A stretch of 64,000 bases of DNA, taken from the NCBI GenBank assembly GCA_034226945.1, contig CP120459.1, forward strand, positions 124,001 through 188,000, written 5' to 3'. The position numbers were made by a program, and so were the translations under genes. Positions 21,461-32,143 of the stretch are shown in pieces (position 1 is the first letter of the stretch; every line of letters begins with the position of its first letter). Under the pieces are notes generated by a model, which saw only the letters and a list, made by a program, of their open reading frames with translations, did not search any database and had not been told where the DNA came from. Source of the DNA: Picochlorum sp. SENEW3. Lineage: Eukaryota.

Positions 21461-22071
21461 ATCGGCGTTATTTCCTGCAACCATCATATACGGCGATAAT
21501 CAGGCTACAAAAGAACGACTGGGCGAAAATCGCGATCCTGTTCTCAAAGGAAGAAGAAGAACGTTCGACCTTCGACTCAGAACAGTTCCATCAACCTCGT
21601 CGTACCTGCTCGACAAGTCACCAAGTTTGATGCGCGGAAACTTCGATTCGATGCCACATTATTGGCACATTTTCCATATATAAGAGGTTTTGTCCCCAAT
21701 GCATGGCTCATTGTCACCATCCTTCAAGTAGGGCGAATATTGCACCAGGTTGCTGTAGGGCAAAGCGCAATCGAGGGACAACTTGCAGGTGCAATCTAAA
21801 TCAGAATGCACCGTGTTTATCCTAAATTGAAATTATCTATAGAAACATATGGCCAGATCCGAGCCGATCATGTGATTTAATATCAGATCAGATGGCAGAC
21901 CAATGGTCTGCAGACGTGCAGCAGCATCTGACTGGTCAACAATGCATGCAGAATGCATTCTCCCATGAAGGGTGTTAAAGAGACCCAGGTATCCATAACG
22001 TTGACAATTTAATATATAATTGTACAGTTTCAAGTAGTATTGGTTGCAGAACTCACCTCTCACGTGCAGCC

Positions 22072-24261
22072 ATGGCCGTCGCCGAAGATAAGAAGAAAAA
22101 GAAGAAGAGCAGCAAGTCTTCAAAGGATGCAGAGAATGGAGACTTGAAGGTTAAGAAAGAGAAGAAGGAAAAGAAACGAGAGGAGAAGAAAGCACCACCA
22201 AAGCCAGAGGCTCAACAGAAGCAGAAGCCAAAGCCAAAGCCTAGAAGAACGATCCAGACGTTTGACGACGATTCAAATAAAAAGAAGAGTTCTTATTTAG
22301 GCGATATTGATCTTCCATCGAGTGATTCGGAGGGATCTGATGAAGAGCAGGAGGTTGAGAGGCATGTTGACCAGCACAAGGAGGTTTTCTTGGCGAGAAG
22401 CACTGCCAAAGAGTCTAAAAAGTTGGCTGATAAGGAAAGAAAAATGATGGAAAAGGCTGCTGCTGCCAAGGCGGACGCTCTCAGGGATGATGATAATGTT
22501 TTTGATGTGTCCTATGAGCAGACTGGGGATGGCGATTCTACCTTATCTGCTACGGATATCAAGGTGCATAATATGACCATTCGAGCAAAGGGGAAGATAT
22601 TGTTGGAGAATACTACATTGACAATCGCTGCAGGTAGGCGATACGGTCTGGTGGGACCAAACGGGAAGGGTAAATCCACTGTTATGAGAATGATTGCCAG
22701 AAGGCAGATCCCTGTTCCTGAGAACCTGGATGTTCTGCTTGTGGAGCAAGAGGTTGTTGGAACAGATGATTCAGCTTTGGCATCTGTCGTCGCAGCAGAT
22801 GTTGAGCTGATGAACCTGAGGAAAGAGGAGGCAGAGCTGAATGAAAAGCTGTCAGGTCTGGAGTTGGATGACAAAGCAGGGGACGAGGAGGATGAGATTG
22901 GAAGCCGGCTTAACGAGATCTATGAACGCATGAATGAGCTAGGAGGAGCATCGGCGGAAGCGAGAGCATCCAAGATTCTACATGGTTTGGGTTTCAATGA
23001 GGAGATGCAAAAGAGATCCACAAACCTTTTCAGTGGTGGGTGGAGAATGAGAATCTCCCTGGCACGAGCTTTGTACATCCAGCCAACCGTTCTGCTATTG
23101 GATGAGCCCACAAATCATTTGGACCTGAGGGCAGTATTGTGGCTGGAAGAGTATCTAACACGATGGAAAAAGACCCTGGTTGTGGTATCACACGACCGTG
23201 ACTTTTTAAATTCCATCACCACAGACATCATTCATTTGCATGATGAAAAACTCCATTACTATAGAGGAAACTTTGCTCAGTTTGAGGAAATGTACGAGCA
23301 GAAGAGAAGGGAGATGAACAAAGAGTACGAGAAGTATCAGAAACAACTCCGAGCTGCTAAGAAGAGTGGATCCAAAGATAAAACGGACAAGGTCGCCAAG
23401 GATGCGAAGCAAAAAGCCAAGCAAAAGGGCAAGAAGGGTCACCAGGGTCCTGCAGAGAACGAGGCTTCTGCAGCTCCTCGTCAATGGAATGATTACACAG
23501 TCAAGTTTGAATTCCCAGAGCCTACTGAGCTCACGCCTCCATTATTGCAGCTGATGGACGCATCATTCAAATATCCAGGAAGAGAAGACTTTGGACTGAA
23601 AGATTTGAATATTGGCATTGATATGGGCTCCCGTGTAGCCATTGTAGGCCCAAATGGTGCTGGTAAAACAACCCTGATGAATCTTTTGGCAGGCGACCTT
23701 GAACCTACAGATGGAGATCAGCGTAAGAGCCATAAACTTAGAATCGGTAGATATAATCAGCACTTTGTTGATGCACTGGCGTTCGATGTTTCGCCAGTAG
23801 AGTACTTGCAAGGCATCTCAGGACTCCGTCCTGAAGAAATTAGAGCCAAACTTGGCAAATTCGGTCTCTCTGGGCACCATCATTTGCAACCAATCTGCAA
23901 ACTCTCAGGAGGTCAGAAAGCACGTGTTGTATTTGCGGCAATCGCCCTATCCAACCCGCATATCCTGTTGCTGGATGAACCCACAAACCATTTGGATATG
24001 CAGTCTATTGATGCCCTGGCAGATGCCCTTGAGGAATTCGAGGGAGGTGTTGTGATCATTTCTCACGACTCCAAACTCCTATCACGAGTATGCGATGACG
24101 CAGAACGATCAGAGGTGTGGATCGTGGAGGATGGTCAGGTGGCAGAGTATGACGGCTACTTTGAGGACTACAAGGATGAATTGATTGCTGAAATTGCCGC
24201 AGACTTGGATGAAGAGGAAAGAGAGGCAGAGGAAAGGAAAGCTGCTGGCCAAATGAAATAA
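22072..24261 (+). CDS. ABC-F family translation-associated ATPase (ABCF1/ABCF4-like)
   Basis: Two ABC domains (GPNGKGKST, FSGGWRMR, LLLDEPTNHLD; GPNGAGKTT, LSGGQKAR), no membrane domain, Lys/Glu-rich N-terminus. Confidence 0.96.
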   Translation: MAVAEDKKKKKKSSKSSKDAENGDLKVKKEKKEKKREEKKAPPKPEAQQKQKPKPKPRRTIQTFDDDSNKKKSSYLGDIDLPSSDSEGSDEEQEVERHVDQHKEVFLARSTAKESKKLADKERKMMEKAAAAKADALRDDDNVFDVSYEQTGDGDSTLSATDIKVHNMTIRAKGKILLENTTLTIAAGRRYGLVGPNGKGKSTVMRMIARRQIPVPENLDVLLVEQEVVGTDDSALASVVAADVELMNLRKEEAELNEKLSGLELDDKAGDEEDEIGSRLNEIYERMNELGGASAEARASKILHGLGFNEEMQKRSTNLFSGGWRMRISLARALYIQPTVLLLDEPTNHLDLRAVLWLEEYLTRWKKTLVVVSHDRDFLNSITTDIIHLHDEKLHYYRGNFAQFEEMYEQKRREMNKEYEKYQKQLRAAKKSGSKDKTDKVAKDAKQKAKQKGKKGHQGPAENEASAAPRQWNDYTVKFEFPEPTELTPPLLQLMDASFKYPGREDFGLKDLNIGIDMGSRVAIVGPNGAGKTTLMNLLAGDLEPTDGDQRKSHKLRIGRYNQHFVDALAFDVSPVEYLQGISGLRPEEIRAKLGKFGLSGHHHLQPICKLSGGQKARVVFAAIALSNPHILLLDEPTNHLDMQSIDALADALEEFEGGVVIISHDSKLLSRVCDDAERSEVWIVEDGQVAEYDGYFEDYKDELIAEIAADLDEEEREAEERKAAGQMK

Positions 24262-24450
24262 ACCTTCCACATGGTCAACTCCTCAGGTCAACGAAGGTGT
24301 CAGCCGCAAAATGGCTCGCCCACCCACCACTGGAAGCGCGTTGTAGAGATTGTTGCCAGATGAGATGGCGTCGACCCATCAATCAATAGTCCGCTGGTCG
24401 CCATCCACTGCCAGATATTTATCTGAACAATAATAATTGTAAAAATAATA

Positions 24451-25638
24451 ATGATGCGTAGTTCAGCTCTCCTTTTGATCGCGATTCTCGCGGGTGTGTC
24501 AGCAGAACGCAAGGTGCGTGGCGTCAACAACAGAAGGGCGGGAGGTCTCATTTCCCCCTGAATAGAGTCACATACAGATCAAGTTTTTATCTTTAATTTT
24601 TTGATCTCTTTCTGTATCACTTTCTAGTGATTCAAGGGAAAGAATCTGTTTGCACGGTGATTCTGTGATCACCTCGCAGGGTTGCTTTTATGGCCCTGGC
24701 TGATTCTGAGAGATCAATTGCATCCAATACTGTAATCATTATAAAAATTATTCTGACGATATTGTACGTATTTGTGTATGCAGTTGCTGCAGACTGAGTG
24801 TGGACCTCTGGTCGACGGGGTGATCAATCCCCCAGAGAACGCTGTCTTGTATCTCTCCGTCCGTGGTGAGGGTGAGATAACATACAAGTGTACCGAGGCC
24901 AACAAGCCAGTCGTACTCTCTGAGAAGGGAGAATTTGCAGCCGATCCTGAGATTTCAGAAGGTTGGACCGCAGAAGCTGAGACCAAGGATGGAGTCCTGC
25001 AGCTTACAACAACCAACAGCAACCCAGATCCATCTGCTAAGAACACTCTCACACTTGGAGATCAGCCAGTTGTTAGACCAAGGGTCAATGGGGCACCAGA
25101 TGCTCGCTGGGTCGTCGTCAGTAATGAGGGAAGCTCTGCAGCACAGGGAGGTATCCCAGGGAACAACTATGTCACTCGCACAGAGTCAGAAGGTGGAGCT
25201 CCACCAAGAACCTGCGAAGCTGGCGAAACCGTTGATGTCCCACTTGAGTCTACATTCAACATCTACTCCTGCGACAGAGCTTACTTGGTTGGAGATGCTC
25301 CAGCTTCTGCCCCAACTGCAGATGAACCAGCAGCAGCACCAGTGACTGCAGATGTCCCAGAACCATCCACAGAAAGGCCAGCAGCAGCACCAGTGACTGT
25401 AGATGTCCCAGAACCATCCACAGAAAGGCCAGCACCCTCGCCAGTCGTTGTTGTGCCAGCCCCAGAGCCAACTGTTGCACCAGTCCCTGTTCCATCTCCA
25501 GCAGCAGTGCCACCGAGCCCTAGCCCAGTGCCAGTGCCAGTACCAGTCGCACCAGCTCCAGCTCCAGCGTCTGCTGCCTCTAGCCTGTCTGTAGCTATCG
25601 CTTCCATCGCATCCCTTGTCGCTGCACTGTTTGCATAA
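24451..25638 (+). CDS. Secreted DUF3455-like protein with Pro/Ala-rich stalk and GPI-anchor-like tail; exons 24451-24513 and 24784-25638
   Basis: Signal exon MMRSSALLLIAILAGVSAERK|LLQ; RGEGEITYKC and YVTRTESEGGAPPRTC...VPLESTFNIY resemble DUF3455; hydrophobic C-terminus. Confidence 0.72.
25327..25436 (+). repeat. 51-bp coding tandem repeat, ~2.2 copies (PAAAPVT[A/V]DVPEPSTER)
   Basis: 25327-25377 and 25378-25428 differ at one base. Confidence 0.92.
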
Positions 25639-26002
25639 GAAGAATCAATTACATATGACTTATACTTGGAATACAGTATATGGGAGCCTTCTTGTGTAGA
25701 GAAGAGCATTGCATGTACACATCCGAGTGAAATTCAATTCTGTAAAGAATTTAATCACTAGTAGCGTGGAGTCCATACACAGAAAACCCTAGCATTAGGG
25801 TCCATGCCCGTGGGTGCGGGCGCCCTTGGATGTGACGCGAAGATCTATACCCTCATTATACATGGCAGTCATGATACGGAAACGGCACATTCAGATTCCA
25901 ATCATTTCATCAATTCTTTGTAAATACAGTAAACCATCTTTGTCAGAGAAGGATTCTGCCAAGATCGTCAGATACTGGTCTCCCGCAGCAAGATTTAAAA
26001 CA

Positions 26003-27072
26003 ATGGGCTTACAAATCTCTTTTTCTGCCCTGGCGGCAGTGTTGCTTCTTCTTCAGGGCGTATGCGCATCTGAAAGAGTTTTGATGCAAGATCCGGTGCG
26101 AAAGATGTGTGCTTTGTGATGCATGGTGATAAATCAGCGGAACGCGGCCAGTGTGCTGTCGAATCTAGCACGGCGTGCAAGAAGAGTGACCACTGCGCTC
26201 TCATCCATTGACTCAATGTGCGTCATCTATTGCAGTTATTGACCAATAATAATAACAATTTACCCCTAAAGGAGGAAGATATGCCAGTCTGCCCCGACCA
26301 AGTTCCAGTCACAGAGACTGGTGTCCCAGGGGTGAGCGATAACCAGCGCCTGGAGATCAGCACTCAGAAAGGCAAGGCGTTCAGGATTTTTGACTGCATC
26401 AACGATAAACCTGTTCCGTATTCCGAGTATAATGCCAAAATCAGTGATATTAAGGGTGATTGGTGGGGAGAGATGTTTTATCAGGATGGGTTCCCCATCT
26501 TCAAGCTCAACTGGGCCGACCCATACAATGACGACAAAGTATACTCAAGAACAATTATTAGTTTCAAGGAATTTGTTGAAGTGCCTTCTCCAGATGGTAC
26601 AAGTGCTCCATGGGCCAGATATCCAATCATGAGTGACGATGGAACCAGGCCAGGAGCATTCAAATTTGTAGAGAGAACTGAGACCAGGGGAGGACTTCCA
26701 CCAGAGTCCTGTGGAGGCCAACGCCAGGTCCAGGTTCCATTTGAAGCATACTTTTACTTTTATCCTTGCAGAGAGGAAAAGAAGGAGGAACCAATGCCAG
26801 AACCAGAGCCATCTCCAGAACCAGAGCCATCTCCAGAGCCAGAGCCATCTCCAGAGCCAGAGCCATCTCCAGAGCCAGAACCATCTCCAGAGCCAGAACC
26901 AACTCCAGAACCAGAACCAACTCCAGAACCAGAACCAACTCCAGAACCAGAGCCAGTAGAGGTGACCACAACTCCTGTTGACAGTATCGCATCCACCTCG
27001 ACCGAATCATCAGCAAGTGCCCTCGTCTCCTCAGCCCTTGCCATGGCCACTCTTGTCATGATGGCAATGTAA
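26003..27072 (+). CDS. Second secreted DUF3455-like paralog with (PEPEPS/T)n stalk and GPI-anchor-like tail; exons 26003-26095 and 26236-27072
   Basis: Signal exon [28 protein letters not shown]...[16 protein letters not shown]...[10 protein letters not shown] aligns with the upstream paralog; C-terminus [21 protein letters not shown]. Confidence 0.72.
26797..26955 (+). repeat. 18-bp coding tandem repeat, ~9 copies ([12 protein letters not shown])
   Basis: CCAGA[A/G]CCAGA[A/G]CCA[T/A]CT units are directly visible. Confidence 0.95.
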
Positions 27073-27342
27073 GAGGAACTGTACGTACCATTTGTCTTGA
27101 AATGTGAATTGCATATTCCTACATACAGTTGTAGAGTGTAACAATGCTTTGTCTTAAGAAAGTACGGTATCCATTATGGCATTGGCCAACAACAACAAGA
27201 GAGCAGTTGTTGTTGGCCCAACCATCTGCCATTGAGAGAGCCTACCATCTCATCTCAATGGCAGAGATTTCATGCCATTTGGTTGGTCATATGGGATGAG
27301 ATTATATTGATATTTTAATTGATCTATCAAAAATAACATATC

Positions 27343-28665
27343 ATGAAGGTATCCAGCGCTGTGTCTGGACATTGGTCCAAGCCATGCCCCGTTGTCCAAT
27401 GCCCAACCCTTGGACGTAGTAGGTTTGTTCAGGGGCGATACGCTCAACATATGGTATCACATGCTTTTGATACTGATTCTGCTAGCCTCGTATTCGAAGA
27501 TGATGGTGGAGAGAGGATTCAAGTCCTCTCTGCGGATTATGGATTTCGATCTGGGGCTGGAAGACTGTATCAAGACGGTTACGGTGGAGTACCCAAATCG
27601 ATCGTTGAACTTTCTTTATCAAATTTCAAAAAGGAGCTTATTGCGCTGCGTCGATCCGTTCGGTTCGACGAATATAAACAAATTTCAGAAATGTACGAGG
27701 ACGCATCCTGGTTCCGTCGACTGGGGTTTTCAGTCGGGAATTCGATTCGCCAGGCTTTTGTGCGCCTTGACACATGGTTGGAAGATGAGAATATTTTGAG
27801 GGAGCTGAAGCTTCCAAAGAACCCCGCCATTGACTCGCTGACCGACGAACAGATTGCTATGTTGGACAAGGTCAAACAGCTTCGTCTGGACGATGCCAAA
27901 GTGTCAAGGAGAGAAAAAGAGCGAGAGGACAAGGAGGGTAAAGTCCAGGCTCCCATGGTTATTCGATTTGTGTATAATATTCTGTGCTGGACGCTGGATG
28001 TGCTGTATGAAGGGCGACCAATTCAAAGGTTTTGGTTCCTGGAGACTGTTGCCAGAATGCCCTACTTTAGTTTTATTTCCATGCTGCATCTGTATGAATC
28101 TCTCGGATGGTGGCGCGCTGGTGCCGAGGTAAGAAAGGTTCACTTTGCAGAGGAATGGAACGAATTGCATCATTTACAAATTATGGAGTCCCTGGGTGGA
28201 GACCAGCTCTGGGTGGATCGATTCATGGCAGAGCATGCTGCCATCTTTTACTATTGGGTCCTCATCATCATGTACAGTATTTCACCGTCATCCTCCTATG
28301 CGTTCTCTGAACTGGTGGAGAACCACGCCGTGGATACATACTCTGTATTTGCAGAAGATAATGAGGATATTCTGAGAGAGATTCCTCCACCGCTTGTGGC
28401 GCTCAACTATTACAAATCAGGAGACTTGTACCTGTTTGATCAGCTGCAAGCGGGTTGGACGGGTCAAGAACCGAGAAGGCCATCATGCAATAATCTGCAC
28501 GATGTATTTGCGAATATTCGGGATGATGAGGTGGAGCATGTGAAGACCATGCATGCGCTGAAAGAAGGTACTCTTGAGCTGGATCAGAGTCGGTTCAAAG
28601 ATGCCAATAAGAAACTGGGGAGCATGGCGATCAAGACATTGGAATCATTCGATTTTGACGAGTAA
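27343..28665 (+). CDS. PTOX: Plastid terminal oxidase (alternative oxidase family)
   Basis: RFWFLETVARMPYFSF.SMLHLYESLGWW, HFAEEWNELHHL, SELVENHAVDTY and NIRDDEVEH diiron motifs; transit peptide. Confidence 0.95.
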   Translation: MKVSSAVSGHWSKPCPVVQCPTLGRSRFVQGRYAQHMVSHAFDTDSASLVFEDDGGERIQVLSADYGFRSGAGRLYQDGYGGVPKSIVELSLSNFKKELIALRRSVRFDEYKQISEMYEDASWFRRLGFSVGNSIRQAFVRLDTWLEDENILRELKLPKNPAIDSLTDEQIAMLDKVKQLRLDDAKVSRREKEREDKEGKVQAPMVIRFVYNILCWTLDVLYEGRPIQRFWFLETVARMPYFSFISMLHLYESLGWWRAGAEVRKVHFAEEWNELHHLQIMESLGGDQLWVDRFMAEHAAIFYYWVLIIMYSISPSSSYAFSELVENHAVDTYSVFAEDNEDILREIPPPLVALNYYKSGDLYLFDQLQAGWTGQEPRRPSCNNLHDVFANIRDDEVEHVKTMHALKEGTLELDQSRFKDANKKLGSMAIKTLESFDFDE

Positions 28666-28778
28666 TTATAATTCTACTATCAGTAACCAACTATCATGAC
28701 GAATGTATAAAGGATACTATATACTATATATACTATATAAGGAAACATACGATGCCTGTGTATGTAAATTCAAACGTA

Positions 28779-29349
28779 TTATTCAATGTCGTCCTTCTCA
28801 TCATCATCATCATTCCCCGCTGCAAACGACTTTATCACGTCAACTACGTTCTGATGCCCCCTATCAAGTGCTTCATCTACAGGCGTTCGCTCAAATTCAT
28901 TCAGTTTACTGGGTTCTGCAGAGTTCTCCATCAATAGCCGCACCACCTCGTCATGTCCATTGACACAAGCCCAGTGAAGGGCACTATTCCCTTGGTTGTT
29001 ACAGACGTCTACAGACTGCATGGATGCATTGAATGAGTTTATCGATAGTTACACCATCTCTGGATACAAAGATACCTACCGCTCCCTTTTCTAATAGAAT
29101 TTTGACTGGTTCCATATGTCCATTCGCTGCTGCCATGTGCAATGCTGCATTACCAACACAGTTGGTCAAGGTCATTAATACGGTCGTTTGCCTTGAGAAT
29201 TAGTACTATTGTATAAATATACCTGTCGATCCGCTCTCATTTTGTGCATTGACGCTCGCTCCTGCTTCGATGCATGCCACCAGGTCTTCCACATCATTAT
29301 ACCGAGCACTGTCGATCAGAGCGTCTATAAGATCTTCTTCGGATGCCAT
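28779..29349 (-). CDS. Ankyrin-repeat protein, YAR1-like; exons 29223-29349, 29080-29144 and 28779-29015
   Basis: The spliced product MASEEDLIDALIDSARYNDVEDL...TALHMAAANGH...GNSALHWACVNGH...RTPVDEA with an acidic tail fits the Rps3 chaperone Yar1 pattern. Confidence 0.82.
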
Positions 29350-29408
29350 GATATTTTTATATTGTATTGGTACTGCTTTTTCTATTCTCGTGGGAGCAAT
29401 AAGAAGAA

Positions 29409-31604
29409 TTACTGCCCTGTCGACTGTTTTCTGAGATGCTGCATAATGAGGACCAGGGCTGCTGGGGTCACCCCTGGGATGCGCTGCGCTTGAGCCAATG
29501 TGCTGGGTCGATACCTGGATAGCTTTTCTCTATCTTCGACAGACATTTGGAGTGCGGAATAGTCCAAATCTGTGGGTATGTTGATGGATTCGTCGCTCCT
29601 GAGAGCGTCGATGAGGCTGGCTTGTCTCTGAATGTATGGACTGTAATACAAATCATGCAGTGCCGTGCTCACGGCATTCATTGGACTACACTGCGCCGCA
29701 TGGTCCAGAAATCTGTCAAGACTGGGAATTAAGGGTTGGAGTCGGCCCTCATGCAGCGCTGCCTGTCTAATATGCTCCAATGTGATGTGCGGTCTGGAAA
29801 GCATGGCTGCTGCTGATATAGTGCTTCCGTCTTGGGCTGTAGAAATGCCATGTTTGGCCCATACCGTCGACGTCAGTTGAATCATATCCATGGTATTCTG
29901 TAGATAATCTAGCATATCTTTTCGCCTCTCCATAATTGAAGAGAGTGTCGTCTCAGTTGATATCAGGCCTGCATCCATGGCTTTCTGTCGCATCCTGAAA
30001 TCTGCATTATCAGGTCGCAGAAGCAATCGAAATTCTGCTCGAGATGTCATCATGCGGTACGGTTCAGACGTTCCACGCATGATGAGATCATCTATTAGCA
30101 CACCAATATAACTATCAGATCGAGAGAATGTCAGGGGTTTTGGGGGAATGGCAGCATTAGCGCCTGCAACCAGACCCTGAGCAGCAGCCTCCTCATATCC
30201 TGTTGTCCCATTGATCTGTCCGGCTAGATACAAGCCCTTTACGACTTTTGTCTCGAGTGTGCTATGCAATTGCCTTGGGTCTATATAATCATATTCTACT
30301 GAATACGCAGGAACTAACATGGCCGCATCCTGCAACCCAGGTATGGTTTGTAACAATATCTTTTGATCCTCAACCTCTAATCCGCATGAAATACCATTGG
30401 GATATATGACATTGCTATCCAATCCCTCCGGTTCCAGCCACACATGGTGCGTTCTGTTCGGAAATCGAGATACTTTTGTCTCTAATGATGGACAATACCT
30501 AGGTTCTATCGCTTTTCTGTGTCCCTCTGAATCCAGTTCATACTGCGCTCCCCTCCCTGATGCCATGCACATTTTGATCCATGCCTCTGTATCCGCCGTC
30601 GTTCGTGTTCCATAGCACGGCCTCTGCTCAAGTGGAGGTCTCCAATGCGGTATATCGCCGTGTAAAAGAGAAAAGGGACACGGGTTTTCATCACTCTCTT
30701 GCTCTACACATGATGAAAAGTCAATTGTGGATGCATCCAGTCGCGGAGGCGTGCCTGTTTTCAGTCGACCAAGACGAAATCCGAGTCGATGAAATCTCTC
30801 CGCTAGTCTACTCGCCGATGTGGATGCTTCCATGTCGGACTCATTCATAGATGTTTTGTGTCCCCTGGGTGACGTCCCACTAGATATTCTCCCAGCATGT
30901 TTCTTGGTACTGCCCACATGAATAATACCATTCAGAAACGTCCCGGTCGTAATCACCACACTATCAGCTTCAATACGACGACCAGATCCAAGGACCACTC
31001 CTGTGATCCTTGACCCGCTCCCATCACCCGTCTGCTCCACCAACACATCAATGACGGTATCATCCAGGAGAGACAGAGGGGATGACATATTTCCATGATC
31101 AGCCGCAGAACGACGCAGTGTTTCTTGCATGTGCACTTTATATATTTTTCGATCCATCTGTGCTCGAGGACCTCGCACAGCTGGTCCTTTCGATGCATTC
31201 AACATGCGAAACTGAATCCCTGATGCATCTGCAACCTTGCCCTGCAATACATCCATTCATATCAGGGATATAGAACCATTGATTCATCGCTTTCGAGATC
31301 AACAACACACCATCAAACCTCCCAAAGCATCAATCTCTCTAACAAGAATCCCCTTGGCAAGCCCACCGATACTTGGATTGCAGCTCATCTCGCCAATACC
31401 TGCCTCAGGCCTTGGAGTCACCAAAGTCACAGAAGCCCCCCTCCTCCTCGCAGCATCTGCAGCCTCACATCCAGCATGACCACCCCCAACAACAACAACA
31501 TGATGATGATACTGTCTTTCAGAGAGCCCAGTCATCGTATCCAGACTCCACCAGCTTCGACATGTCAGGACAATGTCCTTTGCCCTGCGAGAAGACACTC
31601 GCAT
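29409..31604 (-). CDS. mnmG: tRNA U34 carboxymethylaminomethyl modification enzyme MnmG/GidA (MTO1); exons 31311-31604 and 29409-31241
   Basis: [59 protein letters not shown] and [17 protein letters not shown]. Confidence 0.96.
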
Positions 31605-32143
31605 CCTCTATTTCTGCGATACTATGCCAGCATGAATTTCAAAATTTTATAGTAATACGGGGTAGCGAGTATCTGCCCGATGAAGGCATGAAGTAGTTTT
31701 TGAATATTTAAACATGCATGCAAGTCACTCAGTACTGAGTACTAGGCAGGCCTGCTTGTTTCGGATACTTGCATTCATTCAGATGACGCAGATACTCATA
31801 CCATATCGTCTTTAGCATCACTGCCTGATCCAGAAAGAAGAAGAAGGAGGAGGAGGAGGAGACAGAATTCGAAACGAATGCATGATGCCTGGTACAATTG
31901 GCTCGAGCCATCAAGCAAGTCAGAACGTTGTTCTTTTTTAGAAACTTGAACCCACCGTCATACTTTTAAAAGCACGTCTCTCCTGCCATCACCTATTCAG
32001 AATTGGAGGGTTTTGATATTGTAATCTGCACAGTATCGACATGCATGTGGATAGGGGTTGTATATCAGTCGAACGAATTCCCATCCAATCGAGAGGCGCT
32101 TGGCGAACAACAATAGCATCCTTGTAAGAGAACCCAAGATAGA

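Noticed and set aside
26797..26955. CRISPR-like array
   Set aside because: Contiguous 18-bp coding repeats with no unique spacers; eukaryotic context and no cas genes.
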